Assembly: GCA_965178125.1 (NCBI GenBank)
Contig: OZ237764.1
Span: 62,001 to 126,000, forward strand
Origin: Bilabrum cf. latius
Taxonomy: Eukaryota
Length of the DNA stretch: 64,000 nucleotides
Direction: 5' to 3'
In this document: positions 37,880 to 50,760 of the stretch, in pieces
Layout of the letters: every line of letters starts with the position of its first letter
Numbering within the stretch: the stretch's first letter is position 1
Translations under genes and position numbers: made by a program
The notes under the pieces: model-generated
What the model saw: the letters and a program-made list of their open reading frames with translations, nothing else
Database searches by the model: none
Told to the model about the DNA's origin: nothing

Positions 37880-38941
37880 TCATTTCTTTTTCTTCTTCTT
37901 GCCCTTTCCTTTCTTCTTTTTCTTCTTGCCCCCGACCCTGTTGAGCACGTCAAAGATTTCCTTCGGCAGTGCGGTGTCCACCAGCAGCTGCTCCAGCTTG
38001 GTGTTGTCCGGGCCCACGTACTTGAGAAGCACGCCCGCGTCTGCCGCGTCCACCGCGTTCATTGTGAGGTCCACGTCGCACAGGGCGCACTTCTCCACGG
38101 GGGCCACCAGCGCCTGCCCCAGAGCCTCCAGGGCAGCGGCGTTGTCCTCCGCCGACTCGGCCCCGATCCCATTATCCGAGACGTTGATGCTCTTCAGCTT
38201 GGGCGCCCGCATCGCGCCCTCGCTCAGCACACGCAGTCCCGTGGAGCCCAGTCGATTGCCCCTCAGGTCCAGGGACTGCAGGGCGGACCCCTCCCCCGCG
38301 GCTGCCTCGGCCAGAGCCACCGAGGCAGCCGGCCCCAGCCCGCAGAATGACATGGTCAGGGTGGCCAGCGTACCGTTCGACCGGAGCCCGCGGCACAGCT
38401 CCGCTGCCCCCAGGTCGCCAATGGCAGGATTGAGGTCCAGCCGAAGCGTGCCCAGCGTGGTGTTGCCCCCCAGCTGCAGGGCCCGGCCCAGCGCGCGGCA
38501 GGCAGGCGCGCCCAGGTGGTTGTCCATCATCTCCACGTGTGCCAAGCCGACGCCCAGGGGAGGGCCAGCCACGAGAACCTCGGCCACAGCGGCAGCTCCG
38601 GCATCTTTCAAGCCGCAAGACCAGAACCTCAGCGACTTGAGCGGGGCGTAGGCCGCCGGGGCTGGCCCTGCACGGACCATGGTAGATCCGCGCGATAGAA
38701 TCGCAGAGCACAATGCGCGCGTGCCCCCAGGGCCAAGTTCTTTATCAAAGCAAATCTGCACAATAGGAGCTTCTGGGTCTTCTTCTGGCACCAATACCTT
38801 CATCAGGTCGTCATTCTTCGGCAAACCAAGAGCGCTGCGACATCGGGGCTAGGCATCGACCAAGCGGTGCAACGTGGGCGCACATGCATTCCGCTGGATC
38901 TGAAGCAAAGGCATCTTCAGCTCACCCGCAAGCTGATCCAT
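37880..38941 (-). CDS. RNI-type leucine-rich repeat protein with a Lys-rich C-terminus
   Basis: ATG 38941 is in frame (one TAG) with ORF 37880-38824. Repeated LxxLxLxxNxLG motifs. Ends KKKKKKGKGKKKKKK-TGA. Confidence 0.85.
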
Positions 38942-39225
38942 AGTTCTGGACCAGAGCTGCATTCAGGTCGACTGCGCCAAACACTCGGAACGGAACGGGG
39001 TTTCGCCAAGAACTCATTTGTTCGAAATGATTTCTGCACTTGCAATGAAGCTTGCTGTGTGGTTACTTACTATCATCTTCTCCCCCCTTCTTTTTCTTGT
39101 CGCCTTTGCCCATGCCACTCGCACTGGACAGGTTTGTGAACCTACTTTGCCGTTGACGATGCACTCGTCACACTTGAACCAGCCGAAAAGAGCTTCCCAT
39201 GTTCTTCATTTAATTGACGCTAAGC

Positions 39226-40015
39226 ATGGGCAAAAGTATTCGCTCAAAGTCCAAGCGAAAGTTTAGGACATTGAAGCGAACCACATTCTTGCGCGAGCAG
39301 GTGAGTCGATCTCAGTATGTCGCGTTGATGCCTGCTTTCATCACAGGGCACTCTTACTGCAACTTCCCGTTTATTTGCCGCGATATGCTTCTTTTGGGCA
39401 ACGCAGTAGGACAAAATTATTCGGATTACAAGAAAAGTTAGGGAGAAGAGCTTGGCAGCCACAACAGGAACTACGATTGGCTTGTTAGGAGCGCTTGGGA
39501 GCCGAGCAACTGGACAGGCGGTGGTGGCAACTGATTCGGATGGAACGGTACGAGCAAGGGCAAAGGTGGGCGCAATGGGAGATGATGCAGCGTGGCGCTC
39601 AGCCGTGCTTGCTCACGAGAAGGCAGCGGCGGAGGCGGGCTCAGGGTCCTCGGTGCCTCTGCACCCCGACGATGCAGCCGCCATGCAGTCGACCAAGCGC
39701 AAGCTGGTGAGGAGCAAGCTGGCGCTGGCCGCGGTGCGGAGCGCGCACTAGGCAGACGAGTCAGATGATGTGGTGGAGGAGGACGACCAGGAGCGCGGCT
39801 TCTCCTTCTAGAAGCTGGCGCGGGAGGTCCAGTCCAAGCGGGGGCCCAGGCAAGGGCACCTCGGGGGGTCTGCCTCGGCGCCGCATGCCGCTGGGGAGGC
39901 CGCGTTTGCTGCCATCCGTGAGGGGCGAGGACATCGCGGCAAGAAGGGGGACAAGGCTGCCAGAGGCAAGGGCAAGGGCAAGCGCAAGGCGGGGGCAGCC
40001 GACATGGAAGAGTGA
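39226..40015 (+). CDS. LLPH/LAPS18-like basic nucleolar protein
   Basis: Exon 1 is 39226-39300 (MGKSIRSKSKRKFRTLKR, resembling the MAKSLRSK..RK.R..KR family start). The intron starts at 39301 (GTGAGT) and ends at 39406 or 39409. Two further TAGs follow, then TGA 40013-40015. Confidence 0.65.
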
Positions 40016-40113
40016 TAATCTTGCATTGTATTGCGCCGCAAAAGCGAGCCATTGGTTGTTTACAGTCGCATCACAGCGACGCGAAAATACAGTTTCAAAA
40101 CATCGAATCAACA

Positions 40114-41850
40114 TCATGTCATGGGTGCCATGCCCTTGAGCAAATCCACAGGCCCTCCGATCAATCGGACACCGCTGCCAGCCGCCCCGCCCGGTGCCGG
40201 AGCCCCGTCCTCCTTACCATCCTCCACACTCGTCACATCCAGGATGGAAGGGGCCACCCCTTCCAACGAGCCTCCCCCAGCCCCGGCGGGGGTTGCCTCC
40301 CCCCTGCAGGGGGACTCGAAAATCTCCCTCCTGATCTCGGGCCCCATCTTGGGGTGCAGGTGCCTCTGCAGCAAGTCACGGAGCCTGCCCTTCTGCTCCC
40401 GCGTCAGGTGGGTCTTGTATCTCTGCGCGAAGGACAGCAGTGACTGATGCCATATGACGGGCAGCTGCCCCTGAACTCCCTGGAACCGCATGAAATGGTC
40501 CACGAGGGCATCGATCACCGGCAGCGGCAGAGCGTACTTTTTGTTGACCAGCGCCCGGATGAGGACAGAGTTGGCCGCGAAGTACGGGGCCAGCGCGAGC
40601 TTCATGAGAGCCACGGCGGAGTGCATGGGCGGGATGGAGAACTTGGCCAGCACGGCACCCACCACCCTGGCCTCTAGCAGGGAGCAGTCTCCCGAGGCGG
40701 CAAGGGGCAGGAGGAACCCCTTGAAGAAGGCAGCGGGCTTGTAGAGAGCCTTCCTGAGGGCCTGGAACAGGTGGTAGTTGAGCTTCTTGTTCTCGTGCAC
40801 GTCCTACCTGAAGGCCGGCAGCAGCACGAGGTTCATGAACCGCTGCGCCCGCACGCTGCCCAGGTTGGAAGCGAAGATTCGGGTGGCTGCAGAGACAGCG
40901 TGCGGCGACCACGTCTCTGGCTCGGTGACGGCCAGCAACTCCTCCCAGTCAGCCAGCCCGGGGAGCATCTTGAATACCTTGGGCAGCTTCCCGCTCTTGT
41001 ACCTCCGCAGGAAGGCCCCCACCTCCTTGTACACGCGCACCACCTTGGAGCCGAACTTGCCGCTGAGGCTGTCCTCCATCAGGTCCCCCCCCTCCCCGCC
41101 CCCCATGCCATCGCCTTCCCCGCCACCTGCCGCCCCCAGTCGCTCCAGCACCATGTCTCCCAGCGTCCTCCTGTCCTCGGCGGACTGCCCCATGAACCTG
41201 CGCACGAGCTCCTCGTCCTCCGCGTCGCCACCCTCCACCGCCATCACCTCCACGAACCCGCCCTCGCTGTCCAGCCTGAGCCCGTCCTCACCACCGAACT
41301 CGAAATCGTCGTCAGCTTCCTCGTCATCACCCCCGAGGACCCCTTCCTCGGCCCGCTGCGCCGCTCGCATCAACGCCTCAGTGGCTGGGCCGTCAGCACC
41401 GTCTCCAGCTCCGCTAGAGACGGGTACGCTCAGCCCACCAGCCATGTCCCTGGTCGCAGCCTCTCGCTCCTCTTCCTCTTCCTGCTACTCCTTTGCCACC
41501 TTCATAATCTTCTCAGATGTCCTCGGATCGATGTACTCTGCCTTTGCTCGCATGGCTGCCTCTGCCTCTTTCTGCTCTTCCTTTCGCGCCCTAGCCTTTG
41601 CGTGCTACTTTTCTTGCTTTTTCAAGAACTCAGTCTGACCGGTGATCTGCGAATACGTGTGTGAGAAGAGAAGCGCTTGATGCTTCCCGGTGCAATGCGC
41701 TGTCGGGGTGCGGTTGCACCTGAGCGGGGTCCGGCATTCCCCACCACGACAGAACAGTATCCGTTGCGCCATACCAATCATGCACCTCATGAGTCAATTG
41801 AAACTTACAGCAGATGCCAAATCAGGTCTCGATCGCGCTTTTTTAGGCAT
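40114..41850 (-). CDS. BYSL: Bystin (Enp1), 40S ribosome biogenesis factor
   Basis: Exon 1 is 41850-41809, intron 41647-41808, and the gene ends at TGA 40114. Motifs: YKSGKLPKVFK, WSPHAVSAATRIFASN, KKLNYHLFQALRKALYKPAAFFKG, NKKYALP, LPVIWHQSLLSFAQRYK. TAGs include 41485 and 40804. Confidence 0.95.
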
Positions 41851-42024
41851 AATTCGGCCACAGGTGCGGTTTATGTGAGATTGAAGAGAACTGGCAAGTG
41901 CGCTCGTCATCACGGGCCGGGGATGGATTTTCCGTTGCGGATCGCTCTGGCGAGTCTTAGAACAGTACTCGTCCATTCACTGGTGCTCATGGCACCTGAG
42001 CAATAAGTAGTATATTTTGAGGAT

Positions 42025-45000
42025 ATGTCGGGCACGAGTATGGACAGGGTGATGCCAAAAAAGGCAGACCCCAAAGAGTTGGATGCGATAGTTGAGCACG
42101 GCATGACTGGGCCAATGGCCGGACAAGTATATGATGCTGTGCTACCGTTCTCTGAGGATAGACACCAGGAAATGGTTCGAGCCAGGGAGGGAAGGCTGGC
42201 GGACAAGATTGAGGCCCTGAAAGACTAGTTGCACAGCAGGCACCTCTCCATCGCGACACCTGGAAAGAGCGGGCATGAACGTCTCTTGGCTTTGAAGCAG
42301 AGGCTCCACGAGTCCGATATGCGGATTGCCCGCTAGAAGCTGCGAGAGCGCCTCGGCGACACCGCGCAGCGCGCCAACCGCACCCGCCAGTTCCGTGCGA
42401 AGAGGTCCATGCGAGAGCTGGAGCGCTCTCTCGCCCGCGCCGACCTCGATTCGGCCCTCGTGGCCGTCAACCAGGGCGCCCCGCCGAATGCGATCCTCCG
42501 GAATGGCGAGACCCCCGCCGTCACCATGACCCGGCTGGGCGCCGCCGAGCACCTCGCGGCTCTGGTGCACATGGGGGCGCGGCTGGACCACCCTGCCCCC
42601 AGGACAGGGCTGACCCCGCTGATGCTGGCAGTGCGGGCGAACGATCGCAGGATGGTGCAGGCGGTGCTGGAGCTGGGAGCCCCCGTGGATCAGGTGCTGC
42701 AGCCGGTGGAGGTGTTCCTGCCGGGGGAGGGTGGCAGGGGTGACGTGGGCATGAGCCGGCCCACCGGCGGGCTTGCTGGGGCTGGGGCTGGTAGGAGGAC
42801 AGGAACGATAGAGACCAAGGCGGGCGAGGCCGGAGACGGGGAAGATGGGAATGGGAAGGGGGTGTTGCTGCCCCGGCTCGGTCACAGCGAGGGCATGAGT
42901 CCTCTGATGATGGCGGCGGGACTGGGCACCAAGTGGCTGGCTATCCTGGTGGATCTGCTGGATGCGGGGGCGAGTCCCGACCTGCCGAATGAACAGGGCC
43001 GGACTGCACTGATGTTTGCCGCACGATTCGGGTGCATAGGCACCGCCCGAGTGCTGCTGGATGACGGTTGCAACCCCTTTTTGCTGGACGCGGGGGGCTT
43101 CTCGGCGGGAGACTGGGTGCGGGCCTGCGCGCGGGAGAGAGCAGCACGGGAGAGGAGAGAGGGCGGGGATGGGGGGGCGGAGGAGGAGGCGGGGGAATTC
43201 CCCGAGGGGTACCCGCAATCTGACCCCCTCGATGGGGACAGGGACATGGGTGGGGGAGCGGAGGGCGACCCCGTCGATGATGCTGCCAGCCTCCGCAGCA
43301 GCGCCATCACTGGGGCGGGGCTGGAGCTGCTGCCGCACGAGCAGCAGCTGGTGCAGATGCTCCGTCGTGCGGAGATGCGGGTGCTCAAGAAGGCGCGCGG
43401 GGCCGCGGGGGACGATGCAGCGGCTGGGTTTGGGGAACAAGTGCTGGACGTGGCACTGAAACGGCTGGCGAGTGCAGCGAGCCGTGGCCGCGGGAAGGCT
43501 AGCACGGCTGGCTCGAGCGGTAAGGGGGGGCAGCTGGGCCTAGAGGCCGGGGGTGGGGCAGATGACGAGTCGGGGCCCCGGTCGATCGTGACGAGTGAGC
43601 TGGTGAAGGAGCTCCGGCAGGAGAGGAAGAGGCAGGAGCGGCTGGGTGCGGCTGTACTGGGTGCGGTGCTGCCTGCGCTCGGTGAGAGCGATGAGGAGCA
43701 GGGGGAAGAGGACAGGGCGGGGGCTGCCGGCGGTTAGGACTCGGGGAAGGGTGGGGCCGGGGCTGGTGCCATGGAGGATAGGGAGGCGCGGGAGAGAAGA
43801 GAAGAGCGTGAGGCTGCGCTTGCGGGCCCCATTGACGTGGTGCCGCCCCCTGGGTTTTTCCTTCCAGACCCCCAGGGCCTCCGGGGCCCAGTGCTTCCGC
43901 GGATGAAGAAGAAAAAGAAGCAGCGTGTCGTGAAGCAAGATCTCGTGGTCAAGGGGCGCTAGGGGTCTGGGGCAGGCAGTCCGGCCGCCATCGCGCAGGC
44001 TGCATTCAAGGGCAAACTGGCGGGTCCCGGTGATGCCACTGCCGAGGGGGCAGCACGGGGCGCGCAGTACACCCTGCTGAAAGACAGGCTCAAGGTAACC
44101 GCGGGTGCGTCCGACGATGCTTCAAGTCCTGGTGCTGGACCGGATGCGCAGGCTGCCGGCAGGGCGAGGCCCAGCACTCTCAGGGCAGTGAGGCGGGAGC
44201 TAGAAGACGCGATCGGCGCGGGGCAGCTGGAGCGGGCGGGGGCCAGCGGCAGCACTGCGGCGGCCCTGCAGCGGCGCTCGTACGGCAGCAGCAGAGCGCA
44301 GACACCGGCGGAGCACGCGGCCCGTAAACCACTGGAATCCTTCGGTCCTCTGTCCGTGATTTGCAGGCACTGCAAGCGGCGACCGGCGCGATACAAGAGC
44401 CTGAACACTGGCGAGAAGTTGTGCCAGACGTGCACCGTGTGGCTGCACAGACAGCCGGAGCGGCGGCACCACCGCATCAAGGCGCTGCTCCCGGGCGAGA
44501 TGACAGAGGGTGTGCTGGTGCAGAGACTGCAGCGAGCCGCCGAGGAAGAAGCCGCCGGGGAGGCCGCGGAGGAGCAGGCGCTGGCCTCGATGCAGATGCA
44601 CGTGGACAGCACGAGGCGCACGGTGAAGAAGATCCGAGCCCAGCTAGACGAGGCCAGGGGCATGGGCTCGGGTGCCCTTGCCGCTGCTAGCAAGGAGAAG
44701 GAGGAGGGGATCCGGCGGGCGGCGGCCAGGGCGAGGGAGAGAAGGTAGTCGCTTCGGAGCAAGGAGGACAGGGATAGGGACAGGGCCTCGGGGTCGGCCT
44801 CGGGGCGCGGGTCGGACGCGTCCAGCGCGATGGCAGGCGTGGGCGGGGTTGACAGCGGATAGGCGGCACAGCCCGGCAGCGCCAGGAGCCGCGGGACAGC
44901 CGGTGCCGGGGGCGGGCCGCTGCCGAGCGCCCGAAGCGTGAGGAGCACTGGGAGCGGGATCGGAGGGGCTCCCAGTGGTGGGCAAGGGTCGCCGGGTGTA

Positions 45001-48000
45001 TCGCATGGCGGTGCGTCCATGTCCCACGTGCCGGCAGTCCACCGCAGTCTGATAGAGGAAGTGCGCGCCAGGGGCAGGCGGGAGGTTCGCATGGCGCAGC
45101 ACGAGGTGCGCGTGGACCGCATGCAGCACACATTCTTGGCCAAGGAGGGGCTAGTGGACCAGGGGTCCAGCGCGTGGCGGGCCTTCGAGGTCCGGGTGCA
45201 GAGGGGGGAGGAGCAGGTGCTGGACGTGCGGCGGCGGGCCGCCGAGCGGGAGATCGAGCTGCTGGCGAGGCTATTGAACCCAGAGAGGCCCGGAGGTTCT
45301 CGGCCGGGGACTGCGCTGGGAGGCCGGGACGGTGCTCGTGGCTCACGGAGAGGCTCTCGAGAGTGGGTGCTGCGGATCCATGGCATGCCGCAGGGCGACG
45401 CGGCGCGGGCTGCGCGAGGGAGGGGCGGGGAGAGGGTCCGCGGCGGGGATCCCCAGAGCAAGGCCGTGCGGCCGCACTCGCTGCTAGAGGGCAAGGATGC
45501 GGCGGGGCTCAAGCGAGGGGACGGGCGGCCCAGGACAGCGAGGGCGAGGGCGGAGGCGGCCGGTAGGGAGGCGCTGTGGGAGGCCGAGGTGGAGAGGAGG
45601 AGGAGGAGGCAAGACGCAGCGGAGGCAGAGGTCAAGGGACTCGTGACCGGGGACGGGACGGGGAGGGACGGGAGGTTCGGTGGGCCGCGCATTCGGGGTC
45701 CCGCCCCAGCGGCCGGGGCGCATCTCCTCGGCGACGTGCTTCATCGGTTTGGCAACGAGCCCGGGGCAGGGGCTGGACACAGGGATCGCGCGGGCTAGGG
45801 TGATCCATTGGGCGAGTTTGCAGGGGCGGTGCGCAGGGAGAAGAGGGGGCCGCAGGACGGTCGGCTGCCCGGCGACGCGGCGCCTGCGATGGCAGCCGAG
45901 GTGGCCGCAGGTCTTGGCCGGGAACGGCCGGGGTCGGCACCTGCGGGTGTCTCTGGCGTGGACGTGTCTGCCGAGAAGCGCGAGCCCCTGCGCCGGTTTG
46001 GTGGCAGCACGGCCAAGGACGTGGGGCGTGGAGCCTTCCTGCAGCAGTTTGGCGCGCAGGTGGGGGAGAAAGCGGCCCCGAGGGGTGGTCAAAGGGGTGG
46101 GCGGGTGGCCAAACCCATATGGTTGCGCAGCGATGACGAGGTAGGCGGCGACAGGGCCGGCAGCCGGGGGCTCGGCATCTCTGCTACGCTGGGTCAGGCG
46201 GCTAGGGCTGCACGGGAGGAGCTGCTGAGGGCGGGCCATGGGGACGGGGACGGGGACGGGGAAGGGGACGGGCAAGGACAGCGGGGAGGCAAAGAGGCCA
46301 AGAGACACAGGCAGGTGCACGCACACGCAACCACGGTCGGGCTGGAGCTAGGCCAGGCGGTGGCGAGCGGTGCCTACCGCCCCGAGCAGAGGGGTCGGCA
46401 CGCCCGCCTTGAGGAGGAGGGGCCTCGCGCGGCTCTGCAAGGAGGCCATGCCTTGCCTCCCGCCTCTCCGCTCGCTCTGCAGCCACCCGGGCCGGTGTTT
46501 GGCGGTGTGCCCACTCCCAGGAGCGTAGCCTCGTCAACAGGGGGTGGCGCTGTCCCGCGGGCTAGCGGAAGACTGCCGCCGATCGGGTCCGATCCACCCG
46601 TGGACCACAGCCCGAGAGACGGCCGCCGTGTGGCCGCTCTTCTGGACCCCTTGCCTCCCATGGAGCAAGTGGACGAACGAAATGAAGAAGATGCAGACGT
46701 GGGTCCCGCCGAGGAGCTGCCCGGTGGAGTAGGTGCGGAGGAGGCACTGCGCCGCCGCCGGGAGCTGGCGCAGGCGCAGGCCGAATCTCGTCGCCGGCGC
46801 CAGCAGGAGCGGGCGGCTCGGCTGCGGGAGTGGCAGGCCCTCAGAGAACAGCGGATCCTGGAGAGGAGGCGCCGCGCTCTGGCGGTCAAGCTGAGGCGAC
46901 TGCAGCTAGCCGTGGCTGTGCATCGGCTGGGGGCCCAGGATGACCCGGAGGAGGCGCTGGCCAAGCTCACGGGGGGACTGGCGGGCCGACTGGGGAGTGG
47001 CAAGGGCGATCATGGGGGAGCGTCTGGGCGGCGTGGGGGGCCTCAGGTGGAGGAGCGAAGGCGCAAGCAAAGGCGCATGTCTGCCCTGGCCGCCGGGGTG
47101 GAGGTGGGCGCGGCCCCAGGGCCTGTGCGTGCCGCGGCGGACGAGCAGCGGTTCCGCGCGGGCGCCTTCTCGGCAGGGGCGGGGGACATGGGTGCTGCCA
47201 CCGCGGCGGCGACCGGGGCCATCCTGACGGCGCAGCCAGTGGGCGGGCCGCGGGTGCAGCTGGACACGGCTATCGGCAGCATGGCCGGCGCCATCGGGTC
47301 TGGTGGCGTTGTGGGTGACGCGGGGTCCATCATGGCCTCCAGCGCAGGTGTGCGCGCGGCGAGGGCGGCGGGCATGGCCCCGGGGCCGCTGGATCCCGTG
47401 GGAGCAGCCGGCGCGGCGGAGAAATTCCAGGGCATCAAAGAGACGGCGGATCGCCTGGCGGAAGCAGCCATCGGGCGGCCCATCGGTGAAGGTGCTCCCG
47501 GGGACCCGCTGCGCGCCTCACGAGACGCGATGACGGAGAAGGAGCGGCGCAAGCTGGAGGAGCAGCGGCGCAAGGAGAGGAGGCAGGCAGCTCGCCGCAT
47601 GGCCCAGAAGCGGGCCAAGCGCAAGGTGGAAGCGCTCTACCGCAGACCGGCCGAGCTGGAGCTGATCGAGTTCCTGGTCAAGCAGGATCGTCTGGCGGAG
47701 GCAGACAAGATGCTGCGGGACGTGTCCGAGGTGCAGCGCAAGAAGCTGGACAAGGAGGACAGAGGTCTGGCCCCCACCTTTGTGTCTACCTCCGTGGTGC
47801 GCGTGGCCCAGCGGCGGGTGGACGACGCCAGGGAGGCAGCGGAGCGAGCCCTGGAGCTGTGCGAGCTGGCGGGGGGGCACCCGGGCGCGAGGGACATGCG
47901 GGAGGCAACGGAGCAGCGTGTGCGCGTGTTCTAGTCCGAGGGGGAGTGGGAGCAGGGGGTCATCGAGGCGGAGCGGGCCCTGGGGCGGTTCGACGAGGTG

Positions 48001-50283
48001 GAGGACCGGAGGAATCGGATCCGGTTGCGGCTGCAGAGCATCGGGCGCGGGCGGCCCCTGAGCCTGGAGGAGCTGAACGTGGACGGCTGTTTCGAGGAGC
48101 TGGGCAAGTTCGAGGTGAGGCGGGCCCGCTTCGAGCTGTCGGCGGTGTGCGACAGGGCGAGGGAGGCTTTGGAGCGGCGGCGCATGATGCGGGAGGATTC
48201 GAGGCTGCAGGGGCGCGTCAAGGCCGCGAGACACAGGGCGAGGCGGGCATCTGCTATGGCGGCGGCGGACATGCGCTGGAAGATCCGGAGGGGATCTGTC
48301 ACGGTGCAGGGGGGCAAGGATGCCCAGGAGGCCATGGTCAAAGCGGCGCAGGATGCTGCCTTTAGGGCTGCAGAGGCCATGGGGTCGTTCGGCGGGCCCG
48401 GTGCCGGGCAGCAGGACGAGGAGTGCATGAGCGATTACGAGGACTCAGACACTGATGTGCCTGCCAGCGAGCGGGCGGGTGCACCTGGGAGAACCTACCA
48501 GCTTCGGCTGCGGCCCACTCGCAACGAGCTGGAGACTGTGCTGGAGGAGCCCAGGTGGAGGCAGATGCTGCTGGTCTCGGCCCGCGGGGAGCTGGCGGAG
48601 GCGCCCGTGCGGTTCCTCGCCGCTGCAGCCGAGTACAAGCGGCGGGCCATCAACCCACGAGCGGGGGAGAGCAGGGGCGAGCTGGCTGGGAAGGTGTTCC
48701 ACACGTTTCTGCAGGCCACCACGCGCCTGCCCTCCGTGCCTATGAGTCTGAGGAACAGGGTCAAGGAGCAGGTGCGCATGAACCCGGACCCCGGTGTCTT
48801 TGATGCGGTCGAGAAGATCGTACGAAGGGGCATGCTCAAAGGTACCTTCCGTCGATTCTGGCGGTCCAAGCGCGGCCGTCGGTACCGGAAGGAGCGCATC
48901 CTCGCCCTGGGACTGCCCGAATGGAGCATAGAGCAGATCGGCAAGCTGGCGGGGTCCAAGCGGCTGGATAAGGTGGTCTGGATGCAGGCGGGTGTGCGGG
49001 GGCTGCTGGCCCGCATGCGGGCGAGGGGCGGCTCGCTGCGTGCAGGGGGTCAGTCAGCTAGAGGCAAGGGGGGTCAGTCGCTGCTGGATGTCGCGAGGAG
49101 GGCGGGGAGAGTAGACCTAGAGAGCGGCGCAGATGGGTCTGTGGTAGGGGCAGGGGCAGGGGCAGGGGCCAGCGAGAGCAAAAAGGGTGGGGACGGGTCG
49201 GATAGCGAGGACAGCGCGCTGGAGCCTGACGTGGATGACGTGGTCGGCGGCAAGGGAGGCGGGCTCGGTGGGGCGGCTGGGGCGGCTCTCGGCATGGGAG
49301 GCGGGGGCCAGCAGGACGCGGCAACGGGCGGGGACGTGCTTGGGCAGTGGGGGGCTGGTGCAGCGGCGCTGCCGACTGCTACCGAGCCGGCTGCGGGTGT
49401 GGCGGAGGCTGGTGATGGAGCTGTAAATCAGGAAGCGAGCGATGCGGTGGCCGGCGAGCAGTCAGAATACGGCGGCTCGGATGCGTAGCAAGCGTATGGC
49501 GCTTCCTTGCAGGCGTATGACTGGAACACGGGGGCGTACTACGTTCCTGAGACTGACCAGGACCCCAACATCGTGCAGTACGATGAAGCGGGCATGGCGT
49601 ACACACAGGCGGGGTATTGGGCCGAGGATGGGTACTTCTACGGGTGGGGGCAGCAGCAGCAACAGCAGCAGCAAGCGGGGTATGATCAACAAACGGGCTA
49701 TGGTTACGATCAGCAAGCGGGGTATGATCAACAAGCGGGCTATGGTTACGATCAGCAAGCGGGGTACGATCAACAAGCGGGCTATGGTTACAATCAGCAA
49801 GCGGGGTACGATCAACAAGCGGGCTATGGTTACAATCAGGAAGCGGGGAACGATCAGCAACTTGAAGCGGGGTATGATCAGCAAGGGATCAAAGAACCGA
49901 GCACCGATGCTAGTGCAAGCGTTGCTGCTAGTGGCGAAGTAGGTACTGACAATGATGCCGATGCTAGTACGACTGGCCCTGCTGCCGCCGGGGCTGAAAC
50001 TGGAGCTGCCAGTGATACCGTGGGAGCTGATGCTGATGCCGATGCTGATGCCGATGCCGCCGGTGCTAGGGCTGATACCGCTGGAGCTGCGGCTGGAGCT
50101 GGCGCTACCGAAGATGGGGCCAATGCCTGGCAGTATGATGAGTGGGGTCGTGCCTATAACGACCAGGGCTACTATGACGAGCACGGGCAATTCTGGACCT
50201 GGGAACAGCAGGCCGAGTATGAAGCGCAGATGCAGCTGCAGGGAGAAGGATAGGGTCAGGTGGAGGGATACTAGTAGCCATGA
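42025..50283 (+). CDS. ~2,750-aa protein: ankyrin repeats, B-box-like Zn finger, coiled coils, RGS-like domain, IQ motif and Y/G/Q-rich repeat tail
   Basis: Eight listed ORFs share frame 1, are joined by TAGs and end ..GY[TAG][TAG]P-TGA (50281-50283). Ankyrin: GLTPLMLAV, GMSPLMMAA, GRTALMFAA. B-box-like: CRHC..LCQTC..LH..RHH. RGS-like: LETVLEEP..VRFL..EYK..VFDAVEKIV..TFRRFWRS. IQ: WMQAGVRGLLAR. Confidence 0.8.
49672..49881 (+). repeat. Coding tandem repeat with a 42-bp unit (QAGYDQQAGYGYDQ), about 4 copies plus a degenerate copy
   Basis: Units resembling CAAGCGGGGTAYGATCAACAAGCGGGCTATGGTTACRATCAG are directly visible. Confidence 0.9.
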
Positions 50284-50457
50284 TTTGCTTAGAGCGGTGT
50301 CTTGATCTGCTTTTGCTTTTGATCGCAACTGATAATACGACACTGTCCACTGACCCACTGCGCAACAGTGTAAAGATCCGATCGGACGGCCTGGTGAGGC
50401 ATGAATCACCCAGGCGAGATCGCCGCAGGCGTCCCACAACTGCAGCGTAGCTCACGT

Positions 50458-50760
50458 ATGGATTGGCTAAGGTACATTCCTTACTTCCAAGTGTATGAGA
50501 AGTACACAATTTTCGTTACTCCGCTGGACTCGTTTCATCTCAACGTGCCAGAGCAACAGGGACGAAATATTCGCTTTGTGTTCTACTTCTTGATCGCAAT
50601 CATACTGGCAGCTCTGGCTGGTGGTGTATACGTAGCTCTGTGGTCGATTCATGATTGCTTGTGGAAACGAGACAGCGATGAGGAGGCAGACAAAGGAGCG
50701 GTCGCACAGGCGAAACGCTTCGAAGCTGCAGTAGATGCCATCAAGGACAAACTAGAGTAA
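50458..50760 (+). CDS. Small hypothetical single-pass membrane protein
   Basis: Uninterrupted ORF from ATG 50401 or 50458 to TAA 50758. It has one strong hydrophobic segment (FVFYFLIAIILAALAGGVYVALW) followed by a charged tail. No family recognised. Confidence 0.5.
   Translation: MDWLRYIPYFQVYEKYTIFVTPLDSFHLNVPEQQGRNIRFVFYFLIAIILAALAGGVYVALWSIHDCLWKRDSDEEADKGAVAQAKRFEAAVDAIKDKLE

Noticed and set aside
43959-45692. Long antisense or alternative-frame ORFs (e.g. 43959-45692 -, 33779-35158 -, 14821-16104 +, 4745-5863 +)
   Set aside because: They are shadows of GC-rich coding sequence on the opposite strand and carry no recognisable motifs.
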